This document shows, piece after piece, positions 1-12,248 of a DNA stretch of 64,000 bases (its first letter is position 1; each line of letters begins with the position of its first letter). A program made the position numbers and the translations under genes. The notes below the pieces were generated by a model. It worked only from the letters and a program-made list of their open reading frames with translations. It was not told the DNA's origin and ran no database searches. The DNA comes from Octopus vulgaris. Its lineage: Eukaryota. The DNA lies in NCBI GenBank assembly GCA_951406725.2, contig OX597839.1, positions 34,968,001 through 35,032,000 on the forward strand. Direction: 5' to 3'.

Positions 1-216
1 CCACATTGTGGCCTTGGTAACTAGAAAATGGTTTTAAAAAGGGGGGAAAAAAAGATTTATCAATTTTTTTAGCATGAAAATTCTTTTACGATGTGAATAG
101 TTATATCAGTATTCTATTATTCATTTCAACCAGAAGCTGTGGGCATGACCCACCCCAGTTATGCAAGAAAAATTAGAGCAAGGTGCATATATATGCACCT
201 TACACTAATTTTCCAC

Positions 217-277
<61 letters not shown>

Positions 278-280
<3 letters not shown>

Positions 281-485
281 ATCCAAACATGAAAACACAA
301 AGAGAAAACACAACAACGCGAGGACATGGAACAAATATAGTATTAGTGGACGGTCAGGAAGGAAGAGAAGAAGGAGGGCTTTACGTTTCGAGCGGAGCTC
401 TTCGTCAGAAACATAGGAAAAGGAAAGATCCAGAGAAGGGAAGACGGAGGAAAAAAAATCGTCAACGGTACACATGCGGTCACAT
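278..485 (-). mobile_element. Short non-coding element in (TA)n carrying a hammerhead-like motif (PLE terminal-repeat/retrozyme-like)
   Basis: Flanked by TA tracts; homologous to 26070-26275 in opposite orientation; contains a hammerhead core on the minus strand. Confidence 0.65.
378..412 (-). ncRNA. Minimal type-I hammerhead ribozyme motif
   Basis: Reverse complement reads gttt-CTGACGA-a-gagc(tcc)gctc-GAAAC-GTA-aagc: CUGANGA, 4-bp stem II, GAAA, palindromic ACGU stem III, GUA triplet. Confidence 0.7.
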
Positions 486-487
486 AT

Positions 488-535
<48 letters not shown>

Positions 536-761
536 GTATGAATGTATATATGTATGTATACATATATATGTATGTATATATATCAGTGGCGTGCGGTGAC
601 TTCCGGGGCTGGGCATGCAATGAATTTCTTTGCCCCCCCCCTCGGGGGGGGGGGGCAATTTTTCAGTAAAAAAAATTTTCGAATTCCTACGATTTACACA
701 TGGGAGATTCTGAATATGCAATCAACCCCGTATGACCTAGAATAAAAAAAAACGTCGCCCT

Positions 762-1003
762 GGTACTATTTAAGAAGAGTGGTCCCGTTGCGCGCTCGCG
801 CATCCGCGCTGGCTAGTCGTGAATAGTCGATCCTACGACTATCTAACAAAGTAAATAAATTTTTTAAACAAAATATATAAAACACAAAGTAAATAATGTT
901 TTTAACAAAGTAAATAAAACACAAAGTAAGGATCAACTAGTCACGACTAGCTGGCGTGGATGCTCGAGTGCGCGCACCGGGACCACTCTTCTTAAATAGT
1001 ACC
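762..1003. mobile_element. MITE with ~75-bp terminal inverted repeats
   Basis: GGTACTATTTAAGAAGAGTGGTCCCG ... CGGGACCACTCTTCTTAAATAGTACC around an A-rich spacer. Confidence 0.75.
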
Positions 1004-1218
1004 CATGATTTTTAAATTGTTTGCAATACTCATCAAAATTTGTTGAAATTCGAAAGTTCCATGAATTTAAACTCTTCTAAGGATGAATATCGTGCTTTTA
1101 TTTGGTCAACTATTGTACTGATAATTTTGCTATAAAGCATTTTATAATGTCGTTGGGGCTCAATAGATATATTCTTGGATCTCTGAATTCCGATTCCTGC
1201 ATCGACTCCATATTTTTC

Positions 1219-1334
1219 CCCCGGGTTCAGTTCCACTGCGTGGCACCTTGGGCAAGGGTCTTCTACTATAGTCTCGGGCCGACCAAAGCCTTGTGAGTGG
1301 ATTTGTAGACGGAAACTGAAAGAAGCCCGTCGTA

Positions 1335-1395
<61 letters not shown>

Positions 1396-1612
1396 ATGTG
1401 TTTGTGTGTCTGTGTTTGTCCTCCTAGCATTGCTTGACAACCGATGCTGGTGTGTTTACATCCCCATCACTTAGCGGTTTGGCAAAAGAGACCGCTAGAA
1501 TAAGTACTGGGCTTACAAAGAGTAAGTCCCGGGGTCGATTTGCTCGACTAAAGGCGGTGCTCCAGCATGGCCGCAGTCAAATGACTGAAACAAGTAAAAG
1601 AGTAAAGAGAGA
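1219..1612 (+). mobile_element. SINE family A (tRNA head, CORE-like segment, internal TA tract), 5'-truncated
   Basis: B-box GGTTCAGTTCC, CCTTGGGCAAG, internal (TA)n, tail GTAAAAGA repeats; matches many copies in the window. Confidence 0.85.
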
Positions 1613-1621
1613 GTTATAAAG

Positions 1622-1671
<50 letters not shown>

Positions 1672-2391
1672 GTGGAAGCGCTGGTGTAAATTGTAAGTCA
1701 ATTTCAACAAAACAGAAAGATACAGAAAGTGGGTATCATGTGTTCAGCTCATAGCATGACATGCCACTGAGAGAAAGAGGAAGGGGGTACAAAATATTAT
1801 GAACAACCTTTCCTCCTAGCATCTGTTTTATCAATTCACTAAAAGAGAGAGAGGAAGGAGGGACAAACTAAGAGACAGAGAGGGGGTCATGCGGGTCATC
1901 CCACAGCATAGCCACTAAAAGAAAGAGGAAGGGGTAAAAATATTTCAAATGCCCTATCCTCTTAGCATGTCTTTTAAACAGTCACTAAGAGAGAGAGAGA
2001 GAGGAAGGAAGGACAAACTGAGACAGAGAGGGAGTGTCTAACATGCTGGTCTTGTCAACGCTTGACTTCTAAAAGCAGAAGTAGAGTCACTGAGAGGGAA
2101 GGGGAGACAAAATACAACTGGACGGATTTTCTTTGAAACAGTAACTATTTTATCTAATTTTCCGATCATATGGATAAAAAAATCACAGGGCATGCAACGC
2201 ATACCTTGCATACCTGAGAGTGCACGCCCCTGATATATATATATATATATATACATATATACATATATATAAATATACATACCCACATACATACATATAT
2301 ATATATGTGAAATTTGATTTAGTATTTCTAAATTGAATTTTTCCCTGTAGGTTTGGAATAAGATTCCCTCATATTATTATTATTATTATTA

Positions 2392-3865
2392 CTTTTTTTT
2401 TCTTCTTCTTTCAAATTTGCTTCCATTTCTTGCCGAGTGTCTTCCCGACTCCTAGGGCAAAGAAACTCATAGTATACATTGGTAGGCCATTAAACCAAAC
2501 TCAGTAGTTCGTTCATTTTTTTTTTTTTTTTTTTTAAGTTAAATTAAAATACATGAGCAGCAACAGTTCTCACATCGACAATGTTCTTCTCAATACGTGT
2601 GATGTACCAGTTAAGACAATCTTTTGCACTTCTTGCAGGGATGGTAAGCCAGGGATCATTCTCATATAATTTTCGGTTCCCTTCTTGATCATTCCTAGTG
2701 CTCCTACGATCACTGGTATTGTAACCGCCTTGAGATGCCACATTTTCTCAATTTCAATGAGTAGGTCTTTATATTTTCTGAGCTTGTCAAACTCTTTCGC
2801 TGAGATATTATGATCACAGGGGATGCTCATGTCAATCAATAAGCAAACTTTATTGTTTTGGTCTTTCACAACAATATCTGGTTTATTGGCCTTGATGGTT
2901 CGGTCTGTATGTACTGGAAAGTCCCACAGAATGGTTACATTTTCTCCTTCAGTTACAGCCTCAGGGTGGTGATTATACCACTTGTCGGCAGTTTTGATAT
3001 TGTAATGCCGACTTATTAGCCAGTGGAGATATTGGCCAACTCTGTCATGTCTTAATTTATACTCCACTGGTGCTAAGACTTTACATCCAGAGATTAGGTG
3101 GTCCACTGTTTCAATCATGTCGTTGCAGAATCGGCATTTTGGGTCTGCTCCATTTTCATCACATTGGCCTGGTAGTTCCGAGTTAATAGGCTTTGATCTT
3201 GAGCAGCCAGGATGAAACCTTCGCTCTCTGCTTTTAGCCCTGAGCTCCGTAGCCACTGATGGGTTTGCTTCTGGTCAACATCAGCTTGTTTGCTGCGGGT
3301 CACATATTTGCCGTGCAGAGGTTTCTCCTCCCACCTATCAGCCAATTGCTCGTGCGCTTTTTTCACTGCCATCATTTTCACCTTCTTTGCAACAATAGTT
3401 GCCGTACTTCCCTCGGGTTGTTCAGTTTGGGTATCCTGCACGAGATCAATAGCAAATTTTTGCTTTCCTTTATGATAGAATGAAGCTTCTTTCGTCTCTC
3501 GTGATTTTCCACGAGCTTTAGCATCCAGTCATTCGATATTTCGAGATATTTGGCCAGTCCAATTGTGGTTGTTTTGTAAGCTAGTTCAAATTGGATCAGG
3601 CCTCGACCTCCTTGGGCTCTGGGAAGGTAAAGGCGATCTACGTCTGCCTTTGGGTGGTGCATCCTATTACAACTCAGCAGCTTGCGTATTTTCCTATCTA
3701 TATTCTTTACTTCACTCATATTCCAGTTCAACACATTGTAGCTATAAGTAACAACTGGAACTGCTAAGGAATTTATAGCTAACACCTTGTTACGTGCATT
3801 TAGTTCAGATTTCAGGACTGCACGAACTCTCCTATAACATTCCTTCCTGATTTTCTCTTTCATGC

Positions 3866-3867
<2 letters not shown>
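2392..3867 (-). mobile_element. 5'-truncated R4/Dong-like non-LTR retrotransposon (RT C-terminus, CCHC finger, restriction-like endonuclease), two frameshifts
   Basis: Overlapping ORFs 3378-3863, 3115-3441, 2570-3256: LYLPRAQGGRGL, CRFC..ETVDHLISGC, RHD, KPDIVV..IDMSIP, KYKDL; (TAA)n on both flanks. Confidence 0.9.
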
Positions 3868-3927
<60 letters not shown>

Positions 3928-3945
3928 TATATATCTATATATGTG

Positions 3946-3982
<37 letters not shown>

Positions 3983-3983
3983 A

Positions 3984-5170
3984 GGTTGGACAAAATAATG
4001 GAAACACCTTAAAATTTCAAGCAAATTTATTTTAATATAGGATAGGACTGCCTTTGGCAGTAATTACAGCTTAAATTTCTTTGAGGTATGGACCTGTACA
4101 AAGTTTGAATTATTTCCAAAGGAATTTTTGTCCATTCTTCAGCTAAAACAGTCTCCAGTTCTTGTAATAATGATGATGGAAGATATCGACTCTGTACATG
4201 TTTTTCTAAAATGCACCATAAATGTTCAATAATATTGAGATCTGGGGACTGTGGTGGCCAGATAAGATGTTCAACTTCACTAGAATGTTCATCGTGCCAT
4301 TCAGTAACAACTTTACCTGTGTGAATTGGTGCATTATCATCCTGAAATATTGTTTCTGGAGGGAAACAGTTACACAACCATAGGATGAATTTGATCAGAT
4401 AAAATGCATAAATAGTCTTGACTATTAATTCTGCCACAAAGGGAAACCATTTGGCCGGCAGATTTCCAAGATATAGCTCCCCAGATCATCACAGATCCTC
4501 CTCCATGCTTATCAGTTGGAAGAAGGCAGTCTGGGTCAAATGATTCTCGAGGCTGTCTCCACACGTATACTCAGCTGGTGGTCAGAAATAAGGTAAAGAA
4601 TAGTTCATCTAAGAAAATAACATTCTTCCACTACTCTAGGGACCAATTCTGTAGGTTTTTACTTCATTCTAAATGCTTTGCAACTTTTGTTTTTGAAAGA
4701 AGTAGTTTTCTGCTTGCAGCCCTCCCATGAAATCCAGCTTTGTGCAGCTCCCAGCAAACAGTTTTTGTGGAAACTGGGTTCTGGAGGTGGTCATTAAGCT
4801 CTTTAGTAATTTTAGGAGCTGTACTTTTGTGATCCTTTCTAACAATTCGTATAAGATTCTAGTGGTCCCTCTCTGAAAGTTTTGGTTTTCTTCCAGACTT
4901 TGTTTTGACAACAAGGCTTTTTTCCTCTTTCTCAAAGGCAGTCATTACTTTTGAGACAGTAATTCTTGATACACCAAACATTTTGGCTGTTTTCGCTACG
5001 TTGGCGCCTGCCATACGAGTACCAACAATTTGACCTCCTTGAAAGTCTGATAGATCTGTCATTTTAATGACTTTTAATTACCTTTTTCTGATGATATCTG
5101 AAAAGAAACAGCAATTTTAACAAAACATATTAAGCAATACTGATAATAAATAGAAAAATATAAAAATAAG
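3984..5170 (-). mobile_element. Tc1-family transposon pseudogene, DD36E spacing
   Basis: N-terminus MTDLSDFQGGQIVG..SGRKPKL, KHGGGSVMIWG, FQDDNAPIH..WPPQSPDLNIIE; TIR GGTTGGACAAAATAATGGAAACACC at 3984; frameshifted. Confidence 0.9.
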
Positions 5171-5329
5171 CAAGAAGAGCGCAGGAAAAATAACGTTGTT
5201 ACTTTTACACATGTTAATTAAATTTACCTGCCCATAAAAGTCAAATTAACTCAGCAAGTTCAGCTAAAATTACTTAACTATAAACCAGTGGTATATAAAG
5301 CACCCACTGACAAAATTTCCAAATAAATC

Positions 5330-5540
5330 TTACTCTTTACTCTTTTACTTGTTTCAGTCATTTGACTGTGGTCATGCTGGAGCACCACCTTTAGTCGAGC
5401 AAATCGGCCCCAGGAATTATTCTTTGTAAGCCTAGTACTTATTCTATCAGTCTCTTAAGCTGAACTGCTAAGTTACGGGGACGTAAACACACCAGCATCG
5501 GTTGTCAAGCGATGTTAGGGGACCAAACACAGACACACAA
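5330..5540 (-). mobile_element. SINE family A, 3' half
   Basis: Reverse complement of the SINE A tail and body. Confidence 0.85.
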
Positions 5541-6611
5541 AGTTGCAAGCAAATATTGTGGACACTCCTCTGGAACCTGAATAAGGTGAGCAAATTAAGC
5601 ATTACATTTGACAGATTAATATGAACACCAAAAATGATTTTAGGTGGTTTTATTTCTTACACACACACACAACACAGCCTTGCTGGAAGGAAAAAGGGCT
5701 GTACCAACACTAAACCCCAGTGTACTCAGCTGATAAAATTAAAGTACTAGCATTAGGTTGGTACTTGTTTTCAGCCAAGTAGATTGGAGTGACATGAAAT
5801 GAAGCACCTTGCTCAAGGACACAATGTCTCCCCCCCAACCCCCAAGAATTGAACCCATGAACTTATGATTGTGAACCCAGTTTCCTGGCCACTAGGTCAT
5901 GTGCCTTAACACTGGAGAGATAATAATCAAGAAATAATATATTATTGATTTGTTTTTATAAAATTAAATTGATTTCAGATCAATAAATTTAAAAGGGAGT
6001 TTATCAAGGTAATTGGGATTGAGAGTAAGATTTTTAGTTTTGGCCAAAAATATTCCAAGTCCCCAAGAATGATGCAAATGAGTTGTCTTCAGACAGGAAG
6101 ACAAAGTTGAAAGGATTGATTGCAGCAGAGGGAATTCTGCAAAAATTCTTCAAGAGTCAGGTGATAGCATTGAACCATTTCTTAGAATATTTCTGCTGGA
6201 AAACATTGCGATTGTCAATTAGTTTTGAAAATAATGAAGAATATAGTCATTATCAATACTGGAGATTGGAATATATGATTTACCAGGAAATTTTGATGGA
6301 AGAGCATCCAGTCATAGAAACCATGCCAAATCTGCCATGAGGGATGGATGTGGCCCTGTGGCTCACCGAATCCTGTCAAACCATCCTCCCCATGCTCGTA
6401 TGGAAAACAGATGAAAAATGATGACGATGATGATGATGCCTTAATTCAGCTCATCTTAACATTTTTGTTGGAATATATCTGTTGAAACAGATTATCTTTG
6501 ATTCAATAAATGTTTGGAAATAAGGAAGAATTTAGTAAAATAACTTTTATCATTATTAAACTAGTGTTTGAAAATGAAATTAATATGAAATTTGACAGAA
6601 GGTTTTGATTT

Positions 6612-6743
6612 AGAAGTTTATATCAAACAAAGAAGTTTATATCAAACAAAGAAGTTTATATCAAACAAAGAAGTTTATATCAAACAAAGAAGTTTATATC
6701 AAACAAAGAAGTTTATATCAAACAAAGAAGTTTATATCAAACA
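6612..6743. repeat. ~19-20-bp minisatellite (AGAAGTTTATATCAAACAA[A]), about 7 copies, inside a MITE-like repeat
   Basis: Direct inspection; flanks resemble the 54.0-55.0 kb MITE family. Confidence 0.85.
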
Positions 6744-7633
6744 ACCAGAGACAGTCTCAGGTAGTTTGGTGTGAAAAAGGTTGAAACAAGTGATAGATGA
6801 AGTTGACCACCCAAGACCAGGGACAGAAATGGACTCTACAATGAAACGACCACAGAAGCGCCACCTACCAAATTCCACTCTTTAACTCTTTAGCATTCAG
6901 ACTATTCTATCAAATGTAATCCTTGTTTATTCACGTTGCCTTGAATTAATTATTCATTCTCTTGTAGCTTCAAGATTTCAAGATGTGATTGTTTAGATTT
7001 AGAATGGCATTGCATGGTGGGTGTGAGAGTCTGGACATGGCCAGTTGGTGTATATATATATATATGTATTGGATGGCTAGTTTGAATGGTAAAGTGTGAA
7101 AATTTAGTTGAGTTGAGGTTCTTGTTCAAGATACTAATGCAGTTGCAACTGAATGGGAAACACAGATGAAGGAAAGAAAGATTTTAATCATCCACAGCCA
7201 ACCACAATGATTGCACAAATAAATAATAAAGAGAACTTACTTATTAACTGAGGGAATATTATGACTAAAACACTCCAATGTGGAAGAAGCATCATGGTAG
7301 GAGATGGAAGGAACTGGTCAGTCTTCAGAAATGGTGATTTTCCCCTTGTCTTTTTGTCAGATCTCTTGCAAAGCAGATAAGAATTTCTATATCAAATGTT
7401 CTGAGAGACAAATTCTGTTTAATCTCTCTGCGTTCTTCTGTTCAGCTGTTTTATAAACTGGAATAATATATAAAGAAGTGACAAACAGGATCACTTGATA
7501 TTTTCAGCCAATGACTACTTCAGGTTTTATAATCCATGCTACTTCACCTTCTTGTGATTATGGAGAAGGATGTGGGGAAGGTTGATAAAACAAAAAGTTC
7601 TGTGTTTTTGGTTTTTAAAGCTTGGACAATATT

Positions 7634-8275
7634 CATCATCATCATCATCATCATTTAGTGTCCGCTTTCCATGATAGCATGGGTTGGACGGTTCGACCAG
7701 GGTCTGGGAAGCCAGGGGCTGCTCCAGGCTCCAGTCTGATCTGGCAGAGTTTCTACGGCTGGATGCCCTTCCTAACGCCAACCACTCCGCGAGTGTAGTG
7801 GGTGCTTTTTACGTGCCACCTGCACAGGTGCCAGGGGGGGACCGGCATCGGTCACGATTGGTTGGAGCTTTTAACGTGCCAGCGGCACGGAAGCCAGCGG
7901 CCAAGGCGGCGCTGGCAACGTTCGGATGGTCTTTTTATGTGCCACCGGCACAGGAGCCAGTCGGGGCGGCGCTGGCATCGGCCACGTTTGGATGGTGCTT
8001 TTTATGTGCCACTGGCACAGAAGCCAGTCAGGTCGGTGCTGGCATCGGCCACGTTCGGATAGTGTTTTTATGTGCCACCGGCACAGGCATCACAATTACA
8101 ATTTCCATTGATATTTATTTCGAAGTTCATGTTCATGTACTTGACTCAACAGGTCTCCTCAAGCACAGCGGGACGTTCTGGGATCCGGGGTACTTTGAAT
8201 GGGCAGGGGCTATGCGGAACTGATGCAGGAAGCAGCCCGGGTCTTTGCAGTCACAGCATATCTCCATAGATCTCG
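7634..8275 (-). mobile_element. RTE-type LINE 3' end: ORF C-terminus, VNTR 3'UTR, (GAT)n tail
   Basis: Minus strand RDLWRYAVTAKTR..; ~60-bp repeats; (ATC)n on plus; same architecture as 49061-49827. Confidence 0.85.
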
Positions 8276-8491
8276 ATGAAAACTATCCCAGTATATTAAG
8301 TGGCCCTGAAGCAAAGGGATTGTGTGGTAGACTGCCTGCTAAGTTATAAGGATCAGCTGAAAGAATCACTAAGACTAAATATTTTGGGAAAGTTATATTC
8401 TGGATCAATCTGAGTGGCTTAAAATGTGTCATGAAACATGAAATCAATTTGAAAATGATTAATATTATGGAAAAAAAAAATAGACAATAGT

Positions 8492-8868
8492 TGCAGGAGT
8501 GGCTGTGTGGTAAGGAGCTTGCTTACCAACCACATGGTTCAAGGTTCAGTCCCACTACGTGGCACCTTGGGCAAGTGTCTTCTACTATAGCTTTGGGCCG
8601 ACCAAAGCCTTGTGAGTGGATTTGGTAGACGGAAACTGAAAGAAGCCCGTCGTATATATGTATATATATGTATGTTGTTTGTCCTCCCAACATTGCTTGA
8701 CAACCGATGCTGGTGTGTTTACGTCCCCGTAAATTAGCAGTTCGGCAAAAGAGACCGATAGAATAAGTACTAGGCTTACAAAGAATAATTCCTGGTGTCG
8801 ATTTGCTCGACTAAAGGTGGTGCTCCAGCATGGCCACAGTCAAATGACTGAAACAAGTAAAAGAGTAA
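8492..8868 (+). mobile_element. SINE family A
   Basis: A-box TGGCTGTGTGG, B-box GGTTCAGTCCC, internal TA tract, tail. Confidence 0.9.
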
Positions 8869-8879
8869 ATATTACCAAT

Positions 8880-9940
8880 CAAAATTAGTCTTGTAGCTTT
8901 CTTGAATAAATACCCCAAATGTTTGACACCCAAATTATTTGACTGTATAAGCAATTTCCAATAGAAAACCAGCAAATTCTATGGTCTATCCAAGATTCAC
9001 AAAAATAAAAGCCATAAGTACTGTTTGTAAAAGCAACTGTAAATCTGAGCCCATGGAAAGACTGCCTGCAGAGGATTTGAAACTGAGCTTGATTATTGCA
9101 GGCCGTTGCATGTGAAACATACAAGACAAGCAATTTTCTGGACATCTTACGAAGACTTTTCTTGAAATACAATCCAAGTATTTAATTGAGATGATTTAGA
9201 TTTAATTAATCACGCACCGAACACATCCACTCAAAATGCAATTATTGCTTCTTTTGATCATTTACTTGTTGCAGTCGTTAGACTGTGGCCATGCTGGAGC
9301 ATACACGAATATTGCCCATGATTACGATAGCCATGAGATAAGGAAATATCTAAATATATACAAAAATGCAACATACCTATTCTGTTTGATAATTCCCACC
9401 TCCCCCTAAAATGAATAAAATACAAGAAAATCAACTTATCAGTAAAAGCTAAAAGCAACCACAGACTTTGGAAGAATATACTAAGTTTGGTAAAGGTTTT
9501 CAAACGATTATCCAACCTCATGGTTACAAAATATGGTAAACCAAACTGCAGCACCTGTCTGTATCAACTGAAGGCTTGCAATTCCAAATTATGGGATGCA
9601 CAATTTTTCAAAATGAAAGAAAATTTCTCTTGCAATTCCTAGAATTTAATTTATGCCATAACATGCTGTGGATGCTTGCAGAATTCCAACAGAGAGATGA
9701 GATTATCATACGTAGGGGAAACGGCAAGAAGCATAGGAGAGCGGGTAAATGAAAATTGGAGAGAACTCAAGGAAGGTAAAAGCTCATCGATTCTGTACCA
9801 ACACGCCGAACAGGAACACAGGGTATTAAATTCTAGTATAAGGTGTATAGAGGGACGATGCAGTAACAAGACAACGACATACGTAGGGGAAACAGCAAGA
9901 AGCATAGGAGAGCGAGTAAATGTACATTGGAGAGAACTAT
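8880..9940 (+). pseudogene. Degenerate Penelope-like element (Neptune-like): RT remnant, Cys linker, GIY-YIG endonuclease
   Basis: FYGLSKIHK at 8977-9003, SNFLDIL, GKPNCSTC, FKMKENFSCNS*NLIYAITCCGC, YVGETARSIGER (twice), LYQHAEQEH; stops and frameshifts. Confidence 0.85.
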
Positions 9941-9984
9941 TCAATTGTTTTGCTTCTAATTTGCAGGGAGTGCTAAAGTAGGCA

Positions 9985-10725
9985 CTTAAACGGGCTTGGG
10001 ACAGCAATAAGCTGACCAAGACCACGAAAATGAAGATCTACCAGGCATGTCTACTCAGCACTCTACTGTATGGAAGTGAAACCTGGACGCTATACACACG
10101 CCAAGAGCGTCGCCTAAATATCTTTCACCTGCGCTGCCTCCGAAAAATCCTCCGCATCAAATGGCAGAATCATATCCCCAACAAAGATGTCCTCAGGCAA
10201 GCAGGAATACCAAGCATGTTTGCACTCCTCACACAAAGACGTATGAGATGGCTTGGGCATGTTAGCCGTATGAAAGATGGCAGAATCCCCAAGGACATAC
10301 TCTACGGAGAGCTTTCTAGGGGTACTAGGTCTGTGGGTAGACCGATCTTACGTTACAAGGATGTTTGCAAAAGGGACATGAAGGCCTGCAACATCAATAT
10401 TAGCGGTTGGGAAGCAGTTGCCGGCAACCGTGGATAATGGCGACGTACCGTAAAAGAGGGAATACAAAGGTGTGACAGAGAGAGAGAGGAGAAATGGAAA
10501 GACAAGAAAAGACGTCAACAAGAAATTATGGCATTACAACCAGCCAGGAACAGTCTTCGCTACATTTGCGGTACCTGCCAGAGGGAGTGTTTGTCCAGGA
10601 TAGGACTACACAGCCACAGCAGGAAATGTATCAGGACATGAAATGTAAAAGCCGGACTAGATTACTTCATACGCAACTCCATTGTCTCCCGAGACAGAAA
10701 GGATGCCAATACAATACAATACAAA
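9985..10725 (+). mobile_element. 5'-truncated RTE-clade LINE (RT C-terminus, C2H2 finger, (CAATA)n tail)
   Basis: YQACLLSTLLYGSETW..RRMRWLGHVSRM..GRPILRYKD, internal stop, CGTCQRECLSRIGLHSH; 3' end ATTGTCTCCCGAGACAGAAAGGATGCCAATACAATAC. Confidence 0.9.
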
Positions 10726-11203
10726 CACATGTCACTGACCTAAAATCAAGGTTCAACTAACCACACATTATATGAAAAGCAAGTAATTTTTTTGTTTATT
10801 CTATGGAAAGTATACATACATACTTACAACGATACCCTCTTGACCCTCTTGGATCGAGGTTAGAAACCAGCTGTTTCTCTATTGGCGGGAAATCCTAAAA
10901 TAAAACTGAATAATGACATACATACATTTTGTGGTGAATAGGGTGAGTCATTAAAGCCAGTGTTATTAACACACTCCTTGATTCAATTGCCTTTCTCTAT
11001 TTTTAGTCAATTGGTTAAATATCCAACTAACAAAACAATTATTTGTTTAACTTGGTTTAAGCTCTTGCAGACAGAAAGCAGTACTGATCACATCAAAACA
11101 CTGGGTGTGTGAGCAGTGTGATGTATCGCTCTGCACGACACCATGTTTTCAAATATGCCACACTAAGAAGAGTCTGTCAAGTTCCTTGTATGTATAATTA
11201 TAT

Positions 11204-11596
11204 AGGCACAGGAGTGGCTGTGTGGTAAGTAGCTTGCTAACCAACCACATGGTTGCGGGTTCAGTCCCACTGCGTGGCATCTTGGGCAAGTGTCTTCTGC
11301 TATAGCCCTGGGCCGACCAATGCCTTGTGAGTGGATTTGGTAGACGGAAACTGAAAGAAGCCTGTCGTATATATGTATATATATATATGTGTGTGTGTGT
11401 GTTTGTCCCCCTAGCATTGCTTGACAACCGATGCTGGTGTGTTTACGTCCCCGTCACCTAGCGGTTTGGCAAAAGGGACCGATAGAATAAGTACTGGGCT
11501 TACAAAGAATAAGTCCCGGGGTCGATTTGATCGACTAAAGGCGGTGCTCCAGCATGGGTGCAGTCAAATGACTGAAACAAGTAAAAGAGTAAAAGA
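11204..11596 (+). mobile_element. SINE family A, full length
   Basis: Head, CORE-like segment, TA tract, tail. Confidence 0.9.
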
Positions 11597-11964
11597 GAGA
11601 GAGTTGCTGAACGGCCTAATACCGGGGACACAGCACAAACTGTCACCACTAAATCCTTCTCTAAGGGGTTAAACAATAAATCATTTGTTTTTTTATTGTT
11701 TCGTTGTTTTTGTCAAAGCTGTTTTGTTGCTATCTGGAAACTTTCCTGGGACTTTGCAGTGTCCTAGTCTGCTAAAGAGGCTGCAATTGTCTGTCTGAGA
11801 CCTTGTTGTGTGCATGTGTGTGTATGCCAGTGTGTGTGTGTGTGTGTAGGCTCGCATATTTATATATGTATGTATCTATGCATGCATGTATGTGTGTATG
11901 TATAGACAGATGTATTTGTGTGTGTGTATGTATAAATGTATGTATGTCTCTCTTATTTTTTAAT

Positions 11965-12180
11965 TACCATACACCCTCAAGTATAGCCCGCCCTTGAGTA
12001 TAATACGCAGGGGATCTTTACGGGGCTTTACCTCTGAAAAACCTAAACCTTGTGTATAATACGCACCCCTTCTCTAACTTGAGTCAAGGAGGTCTATATA
12101 ACGTCTTTGGTTTGTAAAAATGTTTTTGGTAAGGTCTTTTATTATTATTGTATATATAACATGAGGCAAACGTGTAGCTT
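11965..12180 (+). mobile_element. Probable pogo/Tc2-like transposon end
   Basis: TACC(A)TA..GTATAGCCCGC terminus with repeated GTATAATACGCA subterminal motif. Confidence 0.4.
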
Positions 12181-12248
12181 TTTTGTACATTTTGTCTGTA
12201 GAAAATAAAGAAATAACAGTAATAACGTCAGTGAAAAATGAATATTAA

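Larger units (their letters stand above)
584..2232 (-). mobile_element. Degenerate hAT-like DNA transposon with nested MITE and SINE
   Basis: Termini CAGTGGCGTGC (584) and GCACGCCCCTG (2232) are imperfect inverted repeats; minus-strand remnant YKMLYSKIISTIVDQIKARYSSLEEFKF (~1033-1150) resembles hAT transposase. Confidence 0.55.

Noticed and set aside
10840-10880. GAAACCAGCTGTTTC as a hammerhead 3' half (similarly ~16520-16560)
   Set aside because: No recognisable 5' core or stem I
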